From the UHGV virus genome UHGV-1364187: DNA of 64,000 nucleotides, one strand, 5' to 3'. This stretch comes from a virus. Each line of letters starts with the position of its first letter. Position 1 is the first letter of the stretch. Shown here in pieces: positions 38,943-47,543 of this stretch. The notes under the pieces are model-generated. The model was not told the DNA's origin. It saw only the letters and a program-made list of their open reading frames with translations, and ran no database searches. The position numbers were made by a program, and so were the translations under genes.

Positions 38943-39227
38943 TTGATGTTTATGCGTAATGTTGTATTTAGAGCCAGAGAATTTATTATAGTAAAACAAT
39001 ATGAAGATAAGTATATGGTAGTAAATACTAAAAAAGATTTTAAACATGGTCATACTCATATAAATAATTTAGAATATGGAAAGTTAATGATATTTATATT
39101 AATAGAAAAACGTATAAAAAATAAAAAACATAAACGATTATTAAAAAATAAACATTTTATAGAAAGTCTATATAGAATATCTAATAGTGATGAACAAGTA
39201 GAAAAAATAATAAGAAGATCTAATTAA
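38943..39227 (+). CDS. Small basic protein, 94 aa
   Basis: Lys/Arg-rich C-terminus. Followed by a bidirectional terminator. Confidence 0.35.
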   Translation: MMFMRNVVFRAREFIIVKQYEDKYMVVNTKKDFKHGHTHINNLEYGKLMIFILIEKRIKNKKHKRLLKNKHFIESLYRISNSDEQVEKIIRRSN

Positions 39228-39314
39228 AGATCTTCTTATTATTTCTTAACTCACATCTATATTATCAGAGATATATCTCTGGAACATAGGTAATCTGTAC
39301 ATATATGTTAATTG

Positions 39315-39566
39315 TTATTCAAGCGTATATATAGTTTTAATCTTATATTTAGATTTTTCTACTACATAATAATCATAATATATATCTTCGCTAGCATATA
39401 TCCGTTTTGTTAAATCTTTATTTTGTGTTCGGATAAATTCTTTAAGTTTAGTTTCTTTTACTATTAATATAGAATCATAATACCCATTTTCACACAAATC
39501 AGATCTTAATACTACATAATTTGTATAATCATCTGATATTACATCACCAATATTAAATCTCTCCAT
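39315..39566 (-). CDS. Small hypothetical protein (paralog of the next gene)
   Basis: Shares N-terminal F.IGD.V....Y.VVL with ORF 39569..39832. Confidence 0.4.
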   Translation of the reverse strand: MERFNIGDVISDDYTNYVVLRSDLCENGYYDSILIVKETKLKEFIRTQNKDLTKRIYASEDIYYDYYVVEKSKYKIKTIYTLE

Positions 39567-39568
39567 AA

Positions 39569-39832
39569 TTATTTATCCTCCTTAAAAAACATGTATTTTT
39601 GTCTTTCTATTATTCTAAAGAATTTAGGTTCAGAATTAAACCTATACATAAAAGCAATAGATGCTAAATTATCTAAAGTCAAATTACACAAATCATTTTC
39701 TCTAATACAATATATAGCAAAATATCCTTCTTCGTCTTTATCTTCTATAACATTCAAAACTACATATAATTCTCCATAACAATCTTTAACAAGATCTCCT
39801 ATTGAAAATGGATTAATGTTCATTATTATCAC
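39569..39832 (-). CDS. Small hypothetical protein (paralog)
   Basis: See the previous feature. Confidence 0.4.
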   Translation of the reverse strand: MIIMNINPFSIGDLVKDCYGELYVVLNVIEDKDEEGYFAIYCIRENDLCNLTLDNLASIAFMYRFNSEPKFFRIIERQKYMFFKEDK

Positions 39833-40148
39833 TCTTTTCTTCTTTCATAAGATATTCTAATAAGGTATTAATTTGTTCCACATACTGATCATTATTTTCC
39901 ATACATTCTAATTTAATAGTATTGAAGTAGTTTAAGAATTGTGTTATTTTAGTTTTGTATGTTGGTATATATAATAATGGAGTATTATCTGACATACATA
40001 GCATAATTCCATTTATATATTCTATACCAATATCTTTTAATTTCTTCATACATTTATCAGAAGAAATAGCTAATAACATATCATCATTCTCGATTTTATA
40101 TGATATATAGATATCCTTTCTAGGTATCTGTATACATTTTGTCATCAA
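39813..40148 (-). CDS. Hypothetical protein, 111 aa
   Basis: ORF only. Confidence 0.4.
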   Translation of the reverse strand: MMTKCIQIPRKDIYISYKIENDDMLLAISSDKCMKKLKDIGIEYINGIMLCMSDNTPLLYIPTYKTKITQFLNYFNTIKLECMENNDQYVEQINTLLEYLMKEEKSDNNEH

Positions 40149-40794
40149 TACATAATTTAATCATCACATCATTATAATCTTTCTCTATCAAATAGCAATA
40201 TGATGTATTATTAATATCTGGGTTAACAAAACACATATTAGTAGGTCTTTTGTGACAAGTTGATAATTTTAAGAATTTCGCCAAAGTGCCTGTTCCAGTA
40301 ATTCGTATAACTTCATAATCATGATTCAATAATTTATCTTGTTTTGATACTATATTATCAATATCATTTATATTAAATGCGAAATCATTAAAAGAGTTTA
40401 CAGTGACTACTCCTTCATAATCGTCAATGTCTTCTTCAGCGTTACAATAGAATAATATTTTATAACTATTCTCTTGTTTTGTCTTGTATGCTACTATATA
40501 ATTATGTAAATTAGCATAGATTGTGTCTACTTTTTGTTTAACATAGAAACTTAATGTATAATTTTCATCATGATTATTAACAATATAACAATATACGTTA
40601 ATAAAAGTATATATACTATTAAGATAATCATCATATACAATTATTTTAAAATCATATAATGATAATAATGTTTCTCTGTTTCGTATCATGTTTAAGATAT
40701 CTTGTTTTGCTTCTGGGTAGATAAGTGTACGATATACAGTATCATATTTTTTACTCATTTCTTTCATTTGTTTGTAAAAATTATTATTCATCAT
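40120..40794 (-). CDS. Hypothetical protein, 224 aa
   Basis: Cassette variant upstream at 40811-40845. Confidence 0.45.
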   Translation of the reverse strand: MMNNNFYKQMKEMSKKYDTVYRTLIYPEAKQDILNMIRNRETLLSLYDFKIIVYDDYLNSIYTFINVYCYIVNNHDENYTLSFYVKQKVDTIYANLHNYIVAYKTKQENSYKILFYCNAEEDIDDYEGVVTVNSFNDFAFNINDIDNIVSKQDKLLNHDYEVIRITGTGTLAKFLKLSTCHKRPTNMCFVNPDINNTSYCYLIEKDYNDVMIKLCIDDKMYTDT

Positions 40795-40886
40795 AAAGCA
40801 TCTCCTTTTATATTATTTTATTCATATATATAATATAACTGAAATAAAGATTAGTATACTAAAATGTATACTAATCTTTATTTTTT

Positions 40887-41660
40887 TTAAATCTGTTCAA
40901 ATTGATATATAGATTTTTGACTAATCTTAAATCTAGATTTACTTACAATTTCTACAGTAGGATCTATAAAATATTCTATATACATACTATCATTAGAAGA
41001 TATATATCTAAATATATTAAGTTTATTAATAGCAAATACTCCAGTAATATTAGAATCGTTTATAATATCCACAATAATATATTGAGTCTTGTTTCCATTG
41101 ATATATACAATATCTCCGATTTCATAATCTACTTTATTGTCAATATTAATAGTCTTTGAGTATATAGAATTCAATAACTTATTCTGATTGCTTATAATGT
41201 CTTCTATATTCCCCATATCAAATATAACAGATTTTGTTATAATAGATAATTCATTTACAGTATTGATATTAAAACTGTTAGTAAATAATAATGGTAATAG
41301 ACCATTAGAACTTCCCTCATTTATCCATATCACCATTCCATTAATATCATCTTTATTGTCAATCTTTGGCATGGATATATAAATATCTATTATAGTCTTA
41401 TTGTCAACGTTAAATGGTTTAATATAGATATCATGTTGTTGTGATACAATAGTCCCCTTAGATGATAATGTTACATTAGCTTTAAAATTATTAACAAAAA
41501 GCATCTTTTCTAATATTTCTCTTAACTTACTCACATCTGGATAGAATAATTCTGTTGTATTACACATGTCATCTTTTTCCATTTTAGATATAGAAACTAT
41601 ATCTTTTATAAATTTCCCCTTCATAAAAATATCCCCCTCATAAAATAAATTAGAGTACAT
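40887..41660 (-). CDS. Hypothetical protein, 257 aa
   Basis: ORF downstream of the SbcC-like gene. Confidence 0.45.
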   Translation of the reverse strand: MYSNLFYEGDIFMKGKFIKDIVSISKMEKDDMCNTTELFYPDVSKLREILEKMLFVNNFKANVTLSSKGTIVSQQHDIYIKPFNVDNKTIIDIYISMPKIDNKDDINGMVIWINEGSSNGLLPLLFTNSFNINTVNELSIITKSVIFDMGNIEDIISNQNKLLNSIYSKTINIDNKVDYEIGDIVYINGNKTQYIIVDIINDSNITGVFAINKLNIFRYISSNDSMYIEYFIDPTVEIVSKSRFKISQKSIYQFEQI

Positions 41661-41706
41661 AATTACTCTTTATTTTCTAGTTAGAAGTAATTATGTACTC
41701 ATGTTT

Positions 41707-44361
41707 TTAGTATTTATATATAATGTTACTTTCAGGATATTCATCATCAGATTTAAGTAAAATAAGATCAATATTATTGTATGGAATTTCTTGATTATGA
41801 GAAATCATAATAACTTGTTCTAATCCTAATTCATCGATCATTTTATACATTACATCTATAAATCTTCGCCTATTATGACTATCTAATTGTCCATCAGCTT
41901 CATCCAATTCAAATATATTATACTTAGTTGATGATTGATATAATATGCTGAATGACAATATCATAGATACAATAGCTTCTTGTCCAGATGACATAGAACT
42001 TACATCATCATGTGGCAATGTACCACCAATACATGGTATTTTGAATTCATTTTCATCTATATTAAATGGTAATAATGAATATTCTCCATCAAATACTATA
42101 TCCATTAGACTATTAGCTATATTTAATGTAGAATTTGAATATAAAGCCATAAACACTAACCCTATTCCTTTAGTTGGAGAACAATGTTTCTTTATGAGTT
42201 CTATCTTAGCATATTTAGTATTATATTCTTCTAATTCTACTAAATATCCTTCTAATAATTTAAGACTATGTCTTAATGTATCTCTATCATCTATAAGAGG
42301 TTTTATGACATTATTAATCTGATCTAGTTTTATCTTAGTTTGTTCTATAAGATTTAAATTTTGTTGAATAATTTGCATAGATGATTGTAAAGTATACACT
42401 TTTGAATTTAAATCTGATATTTGATTTTCTATATTATCGTATTCTTGTTTATATGATAACACTTTTTGAATTTGTTCTAATAACGTAGTCTTTGTATTGT
42501 AATTTGATCTTAATTCGTTAAGTTTATCATTATTATCACTTATCTTTATATCAATTCCATTAATATCTTCAAATAATATAGATATAGATTTCTCTATATA
42601 TAATATCATATCTTTCTTTGAAGATAATTGTTGATATTGAACATTAAGATTATCTAATCTAGATTTAGTATTTGTATACAATAGAAGAATACTACTATCT
42701 TCCATATATTTATGAATAAGATCTACTTCTTTATTCAGATAATAATAATTCTGTATACATGATATTACATCTATAGATATATTAACTTGATCTAGAATGG
42801 TTTTATAATTATTAACCATTCTATTACATATATCTATATCATTCTTACATTTGATAATCTCTATATTCTTAACTTTATCTGAGTATAGAGATTGTAGTTT
42901 GATATCAAGTTCTTTTTTCTCTAATTCTAATCTATCTATATTTTCTTGTGGATTTTGATTTAGAGCATCTATAGCACTCTTAATAAATGGGCAAGAATCT
43001 ATATTACAATTAGATGGTCTATTATCTAATACTTTTATGATATCCAATAATGTATTGTATCTTGTAATTTCATTTGATATGAATACTAGTCTACTTTCAA
43101 TATTAGATATATCTTTATCATAATCTATATTGGATATATTATCTATAGATTGTATAACATCAACTGTATATTTATCTCTTACCATAGATATATTATTAAC
43201 AATATCTGATAATATACTAAGAACAGATTGTAAGAATTCTATTGTAAATCCTCTATCAACAATAGACTTCTCTTTTATAATATCATCATATTGTTTAACT
43301 TCTTCTGTTAATGTTTTAATCTCATTTTCTAATTGATTATAATCATATTCAGATTGTAAAGATGCAATTTCTGTTTGATGTTTCTGTAATTCATTACTTT
43401 TAGATTCTCTATTAGATAATAAAGACATATTATTATTCTCTAATATTTTAATTTCTGTATTAAGATTTGTTATTTCATTTGATGTGTTTGAATATAAATT
43501 ACTTATACCTTTAAGATCGAAGTTGTATGATTTACATATAGAAACAATCTGATTAGCAACAGATTTCTTATTATTAGTAATTTCCATCAATGATGTACAT
43601 AAAGAATTATATGTTTCTTGTATGGACCCATCTGGATCATTCAATTGAATAATACTTTTATATTTTGCTAATTCTTCTACAATAAGATCTTTCTCGTACA
43701 TAGCTTTATTTAATCTTTCTTCAACTCCAGTTAAAGAGTTAGTAAGATATTCTCTATCTCCAATAGAAGAGATTTTAGCTGTTGTAGAATTTATAAACGA
43801 TTTAAATATAGAAGATCTCTTTACTAGAACTTTATACATATCATTATAATCTGTAAGCTCTGTAATAATAGAGTTCATGAATTTCTTTCTTTCACTTGGA
43901 GTCATACTAACTATACTTCTACATCTTTGTCCTAATTTACTTAATATAAGAAAGTTAGCATCTAAACCAAGTTCATTATATAAAGCTTCTTTATATGAAT
44001 TGACATTAAGGTTTGGATTAAGATCTATTAGTTCACCATCATCATTTAGTTTATGAAAATGAATCTTTGTTGTATCCCTTAATCCATTGCTCTTTACATT
44101 GTATAATATCTTTATGAAATATTGATTATCTATATCGATCTCTTTACATGCTGGAATTTCTGGAATTAAACTACTACTATCATCTGGCAAAGGATTAATA
44201 GCATTTAGTAATGATGATTTACCAGTTCCATTCATACCAGCTATAACAATTATTTTGTTTATAGATTTCGATAAATCTATTTCAATTTCATCTAAATTAA
44301 GTCCGTTCTTTATACCTATAAAACCAGTTAATTTAACTCGTGTATATCTCATTATAAGCAC
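41707..44361 (-). CDS. SbcC/Rad50-like SMC-family ATPase
   Basis: N-terminal Walker A VIAGMNGTGKSSLLNAI. A long central coiled coil with a Cys pair (CNIDSC) that could be a hook. C-terminal signature SSGQEA and Walker B IFELDEADGQLD, followed by ISHNQ. Confidence 0.75.
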   Translation of the reverse strand: MLIMRYTRVKLTGFIGIKNGLNLDEIEIDLSKSINKIIVIAGMNGTGKSSLLNAINPLPDDSSSLIPEIPACKEIDIDNQYFIKILYNVKSNGLRDTTKIHFHKLNDDGELIDLNPNLNVNSYKEALYNELGLDANFLILSKLGQRCRSIVSMTPSERKKFMNSIITELTDYNDMYKVLVKRSSIFKSFINSTTAKISSIGDREYLTNSLTGVEERLNKAMYEKDLIVEELAKYKSIIQLNDPDGSIQETYNSLCTSLMEITNNKKSVANQIVSICKSYNFDLKGISNLYSNTSNEITNLNTEIKILENNNMSLLSNRESKSNELQKHQTEIASLQSEYDYNQLENEIKTLTEEVKQYDDIIKEKSIVDRGFTIEFLQSVLSILSDIVNNISMVRDKYTVDVIQSIDNISNIDYDKDISNIESRLVFISNEITRYNTLLDIIKVLDNRPSNCNIDSCPFIKSAIDALNQNPQENIDRLELEKKELDIKLQSLYSDKVKNIEIIKCKNDIDICNRMVNNYKTILDQVNISIDVISCIQNYYYLNKEVDLIHKYMEDSSILLLYTNTKSRLDNLNVQYQQLSSKKDMILYIEKSISILFEDINGIDIKISDNNDKLNELRSNYNTKTTLLEQIQKVLSYKQEYDNIENQISDLNSKVYTLQSSMQIIQQNLNLIEQTKIKLDQINNVIKPLIDDRDTLRHSLKLLEGYLVELEEYNTKYAKIELIKKHCSPTKGIGLVFMALYSNSTLNIANSLMDIVFDGEYSLLPFNIDENEFKIPCIGGTLPHDDVSSMSSGQEAIVSMILSFSILYQSSTKYNIFELDEADGQLDSHNRRRFIDVMYKMIDELGLEQVIMISHNQEIPYNNIDLILLKSDDEYPESNIIYKY

Positions 44362-44414
44362 CTCTTTTCGTTATTATAGATAAGTTAACGATACAATAAA
44401 AATATAAAGAGAGA

Positions 44415-45650
44415 TTAACTCTCTTTATATTTTTTCATTAATAAGTCTAAATTTTTCTTTGAAATTTTACCTTTATCAATGGACAAAGTTACAATAATAT
44501 GAGAATCTGTTACATTTTGAACATTAGTAACATTAATTTCTTGCAGATTTAAAAATGTTTTAGAACTATCATCTGATGCAACATCAACTCCAATTAATTC
44601 TACTTCATTTTTAATTTCTGGAACGTTTAATAGGTTATAGTCTTGTTGTTTTGTAAATCTTTCTGTATATACTCTTCTGCGATAATCATCTAAGATTCTG
44701 TCTGTTTCTTTAAGATTATATTCTGATTCATATATGTTTGTTGATGTTTTATGCCTTAATTTATCAGCTTCAATATGTAAGTTTTCAACAGTTTCATCTA
44801 CCAATTTTTTGTAAGTATTATTATAACGATCATCTAATGTATTTTTCATCAATTTTGCAGTTCTTGATAATTCATCTAAATCTTTACAAATATACGAATC
44901 TCCGCATTCTATATTTGATTTAGACTTGTCATATTCTTCTAGAGCTTTTTTAATCTCATCTTTTACAAGTTGTCGTATTGTATCAATATAATTTACAGGA
45001 ATACCTTTACTTGGTTTAATATCATAATCTAATATAATATTACCTCTGGTATTAGAAGTATATTCAATCATAAAAATGTAGCATTTAATAATACCTACAG
45101 TATTATTGATATCATACTTATGATCTACTGTATATAAATTATTAGCAATAATATTAAGATTTTTAAACTGTTTTTCGTCTTCATATTCTCGTCTAAATAA
45201 TTCAACCCAATCAGGATTTTGTTTCTCATTCTCTCTATTTATCAGATGATTAATTCTATCATATTCATCAACTTTTATGTATATTGGTAGTAATCTAATA
45301 TTGTTTTCTAGACAATATTTTCTATAGTTTTCATACATATCTACTGGTCCTTGAACAATAAATAGACTACCATCATCAAGTTCTGACTTGTGTGTAGCAT
45401 AATTCCATTCACCATTAGTAGTATTATATGTTCTCTTTTCAAAATATTCATATTCATAACATTTCATATTTTCTAAGAATCTATATTCACTGTCATCTTC
45501 TCCATCTCTTCTAGGGCGATCAGTATCAAGTTTAATTCTTTTTATATCAAGTTCTTCTACCAATTTATTTGTAATAGTTGTCTTTCCGCTTCCTGTTTTT
45601 CCTAAGATAAAAATTATAGTTTTCATATTATTCTTCCTCCTTATTTTCAA
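44415..45650 (-). CDS. Guanylate-kinase-like P-loop kinase domain protein with an unknown C-terminal domain
   Basis: P-loop GKTGSGKTT. DTDRPRRDGEDDSEYRF matches the GMP-kinase motif TTRpPRpGEvdGvdYhF. Confidence 0.55.
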   Translation of the reverse strand: MKIRRKNNMKTIIFILGKTGSGKTTITNKLVEELDIKRIKLDTDRPRRDGEDDSEYRFLENMKCYEYEYFEKRTYNTTNGEWNYATHKSELDDGSLFIVQGPVDMYENYRKYCLENNIRLLPIYIKVDEYDRINHLINRENEKQNPDWVELFRREYEDEKQFKNLNIIANNLYTVDHKYDINNTVGIIKCYIFMIEYTSNTRGNIILDYDIKPSKGIPVNYIDTIRQLVKDEIKKALEEYDKSKSNIECGDSYICKDLDELSRTAKLMKNTLDDRYNNTYKKLVDETVENLHIEADKLRHKTSTNIYESEYNLKETDRILDDYRRRVYTERFTKQQDYNLLNVPEIKNEVELIGVDVASDDSSKTFLNLQEINVTNVQNVTDSHIIVTLSIDKGKISKKNLDLLMKKYKES

Positions 45651-45938
45651 GTAATTCTATTAATTCTGGATATTTTTCTATATCTAGTTTGATTTTAAAA
45701 TCCAATATATGCTCATCATTATTGTATGCTATTTCAGTAATATAACATCCAGGATAACACTACTCTATATCTTTTTTATATTTATCTATATGTGCTTCAT
45801 TCGTATTTACAAAGTTATATGTCTTTTTGCATTTTTCTATTTTATCTATTATATTTTCTATAATTCTTTTATTTTTTATATTCATACACATAATTATATA
45901 ACCTCCTTAAATTATTATATTTATGTACTGTATGATAT

Positions 45939-45980
45939 AAAAAAATAAAAAAGAAGAGGATTAGTCCTCTTCTTTTGTAA
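45939..45980. terminator. Intrinsic terminator
   Basis: aaaaaaataaaaaagaagaggattagtcctcttcttttg. Confidence 0.65.
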
Positions 45981-46257
45981 ATTTTATAATAAAGTTATTT
46001 ATACGTGTATTTGTTTGTAAAGGAATTGGTATACCATTTTCCCATAATATAAGATATTTCATTCTACACTTATTACACTTAAAATAACTTATATAATTAG
46101 CAGCTTTATCTATAGATGAAAAATTATTCATCCTAAGCATTAATTGATAATTCATAGGTCTTCCATTAATATCATACAATTCAATAGAATGTTCAGATAA
46201 ACAATTTCTACATACAGAGTATGGTACTATTATTGCTGGTATCTCTAATGAACCCAT
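45961..46257 (-). CDS. Small zinc-ribbon protein
   Basis: Cys pairs CRNC ... CNKC. Paralogous in pattern to ORF 46911..47225. Confidence 0.4.
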   Translation of the reverse strand: MGSLEIPAIIVPYSVCRNCLSEHSIELYDINGRPMNYQLMLRMNNFSSIDKAANYISYFKCNKCRMKYLILWENGIPIPLQTNTRINNFIIKFTKEED

Positions 46258-46269
46258 AAATGATCCTCC

Positions 46270-46911
46270 TTATAGAATAGCATATATTCCATTATTAACA
46301 ATTAGTTCATTAATAGGATCATCTAGTTGTTTAGATAATTCATATATGTCTAATCCTTTCTCTTCTGATAAAGATTTAAATATATCTTTAATTTTAGCAT
46401 CTTCTAATAATTTATCAATATCTGCTACGCTACTACATGTATCTTTAACCAGTTGTATTACCATTATATATGGAATATAATTTTCATATACATATCCTTC
46501 ATATAATCCAATATCTGATATAATCAATTTAAAAATTGCTCCTGTTGTTCTGATATATGAATAATAAGATAGTTCTTGTAAACCATATTTATAATTTAAA
46601 GTCATACATTTAACTTTATTATCCATTGGGTTGTTCATATGTGATAGTATAATATTACCATCATCAACATCACCCATGATTGCATAATATTCTGTATTGT
46701 TTAATTCATAAAATTTTGTACATATACAATTATTTACATCATGTTTTTTATCAAAGTATGCCACAGGAATACTCATCCATTTAGGAAGAGGTTTCCAACA
46801 TGATTGTGGTGTATTTATAATACCTTTTACTGCTCTATAAATAGATATTATTTTTGGTTCATATGCAAGTTCATTTACTTCTTTTTGTGATAAAAATAAT
46901 TCATTATACAT
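46270..46911 (-). CDS. Hypothetical protein, 213 aa
   Basis: ORF only. Confidence 0.45.
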   Translation of the reverse strand: MYNELFLSQKEVNELAYEPKIISIYRAVKGIINTPQSCWKPLPKWMSIPVAYFDKKHDVNNCICTKFYELNNTEYYAIMGDVDDGNIILSHMNNPMDNKVKCMTLNYKYGLQELSYYSYIRTTGAIFKLIISDIGLYEGYVYENYIPYIMVIQLVKDTCSSVADIDKLLEDAKIKDIFKSLSEEKGLDIYELSKQLDDPINELIVNNGIYAIL

Positions 46912-47225
46912 TATATAATTCCCCTTTCATAATCACTATATCTATAAAATGGATTGAATTGAACTTTTTGTTGTTCAAATTCTGGTTCGTGTTCTCCAGA
47001 ACCATCATCAATGAAATATCCATCTATACTATTTCCTGTATATGGATATTTACTATGGCATTTCAAACATTCAATATAACTTTCTCCATATTCACATGTC
47101 TGGAATGGTTTACCATTAACGTCGATATATGTCTCCTCAGTCATTGTTTCTATTATTCTAAAATGAATACTTCCACAATGTGGACATCTTGTTACATCTG
47201 TCAAAAATGCTGGGATAATTAACAT
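46911..47225 (-). CDS. Small zinc-ribbon protein
   Basis: Cys pairs CPHC ... CLKC, ending KY as in ORF 45961. Confidence 0.4.
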   Translation of the reverse strand: MLIIPAFLTDVTRCPHCGSIHFRIIETMTEETYIDVNGKPFQTCEYGESYIECLKCHSKYPYTGNSIDGYFIDDGSGEHEPEFEQQKVQFNPFYRYSDYERGII

Positions 47226-47230
47226 ATCAA

Positions 47231-47464
47231 TTACCCCCTTAGATTTGTTACTTTTGGTTTTGTAAACTTAACTTCTGATTCTTCACCTTGATAAACAATG
47301 ATAGTATCTTTAAATCTATCATTGTATTTGTTTGATATCTCTGTAAATAATCTAGCTTCTCCACCAACCATTACAGTTCCAGGAATATATTTTCTTCCTA
47401 TTTTCTTTTCTAATTCTAGTCTTTTCTTATGTTGCTCTTTTGAATATAGAAAATACTTAATCAT
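47231..47464 (-). CDS. Hypothetical protein, 77 aa
   Basis: ORF with RBS aaaggagga. Confidence 0.4.
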   Translation of the reverse strand: MIKYFLYSKEQHKKRLELEKKIGRKYIPGTVMVGGEARLFTEISNKYNDRFKDTIIVYQGEESEVKFTKPKVTNLRG

Positions 47465-47543
47465 ATAAATTCCTCCTTTAAGATTAGAAATTATATAATT
47501 GTTATAGATTGGATAAGTATCTATATAGATACTTATCCTTTTA

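Noticed and set aside
47511-47538. Palindrome ggataagtatctatatagatacttatcc as the terminator of the RNAP beta N-fragment gene
   Set aside because: On the minus (coding) strand it is not followed by a U-tract, and it sits between two co-oriented genes. It is more likely an operator or RNA-processing site than an intrinsic terminator, so it is left unassigned.
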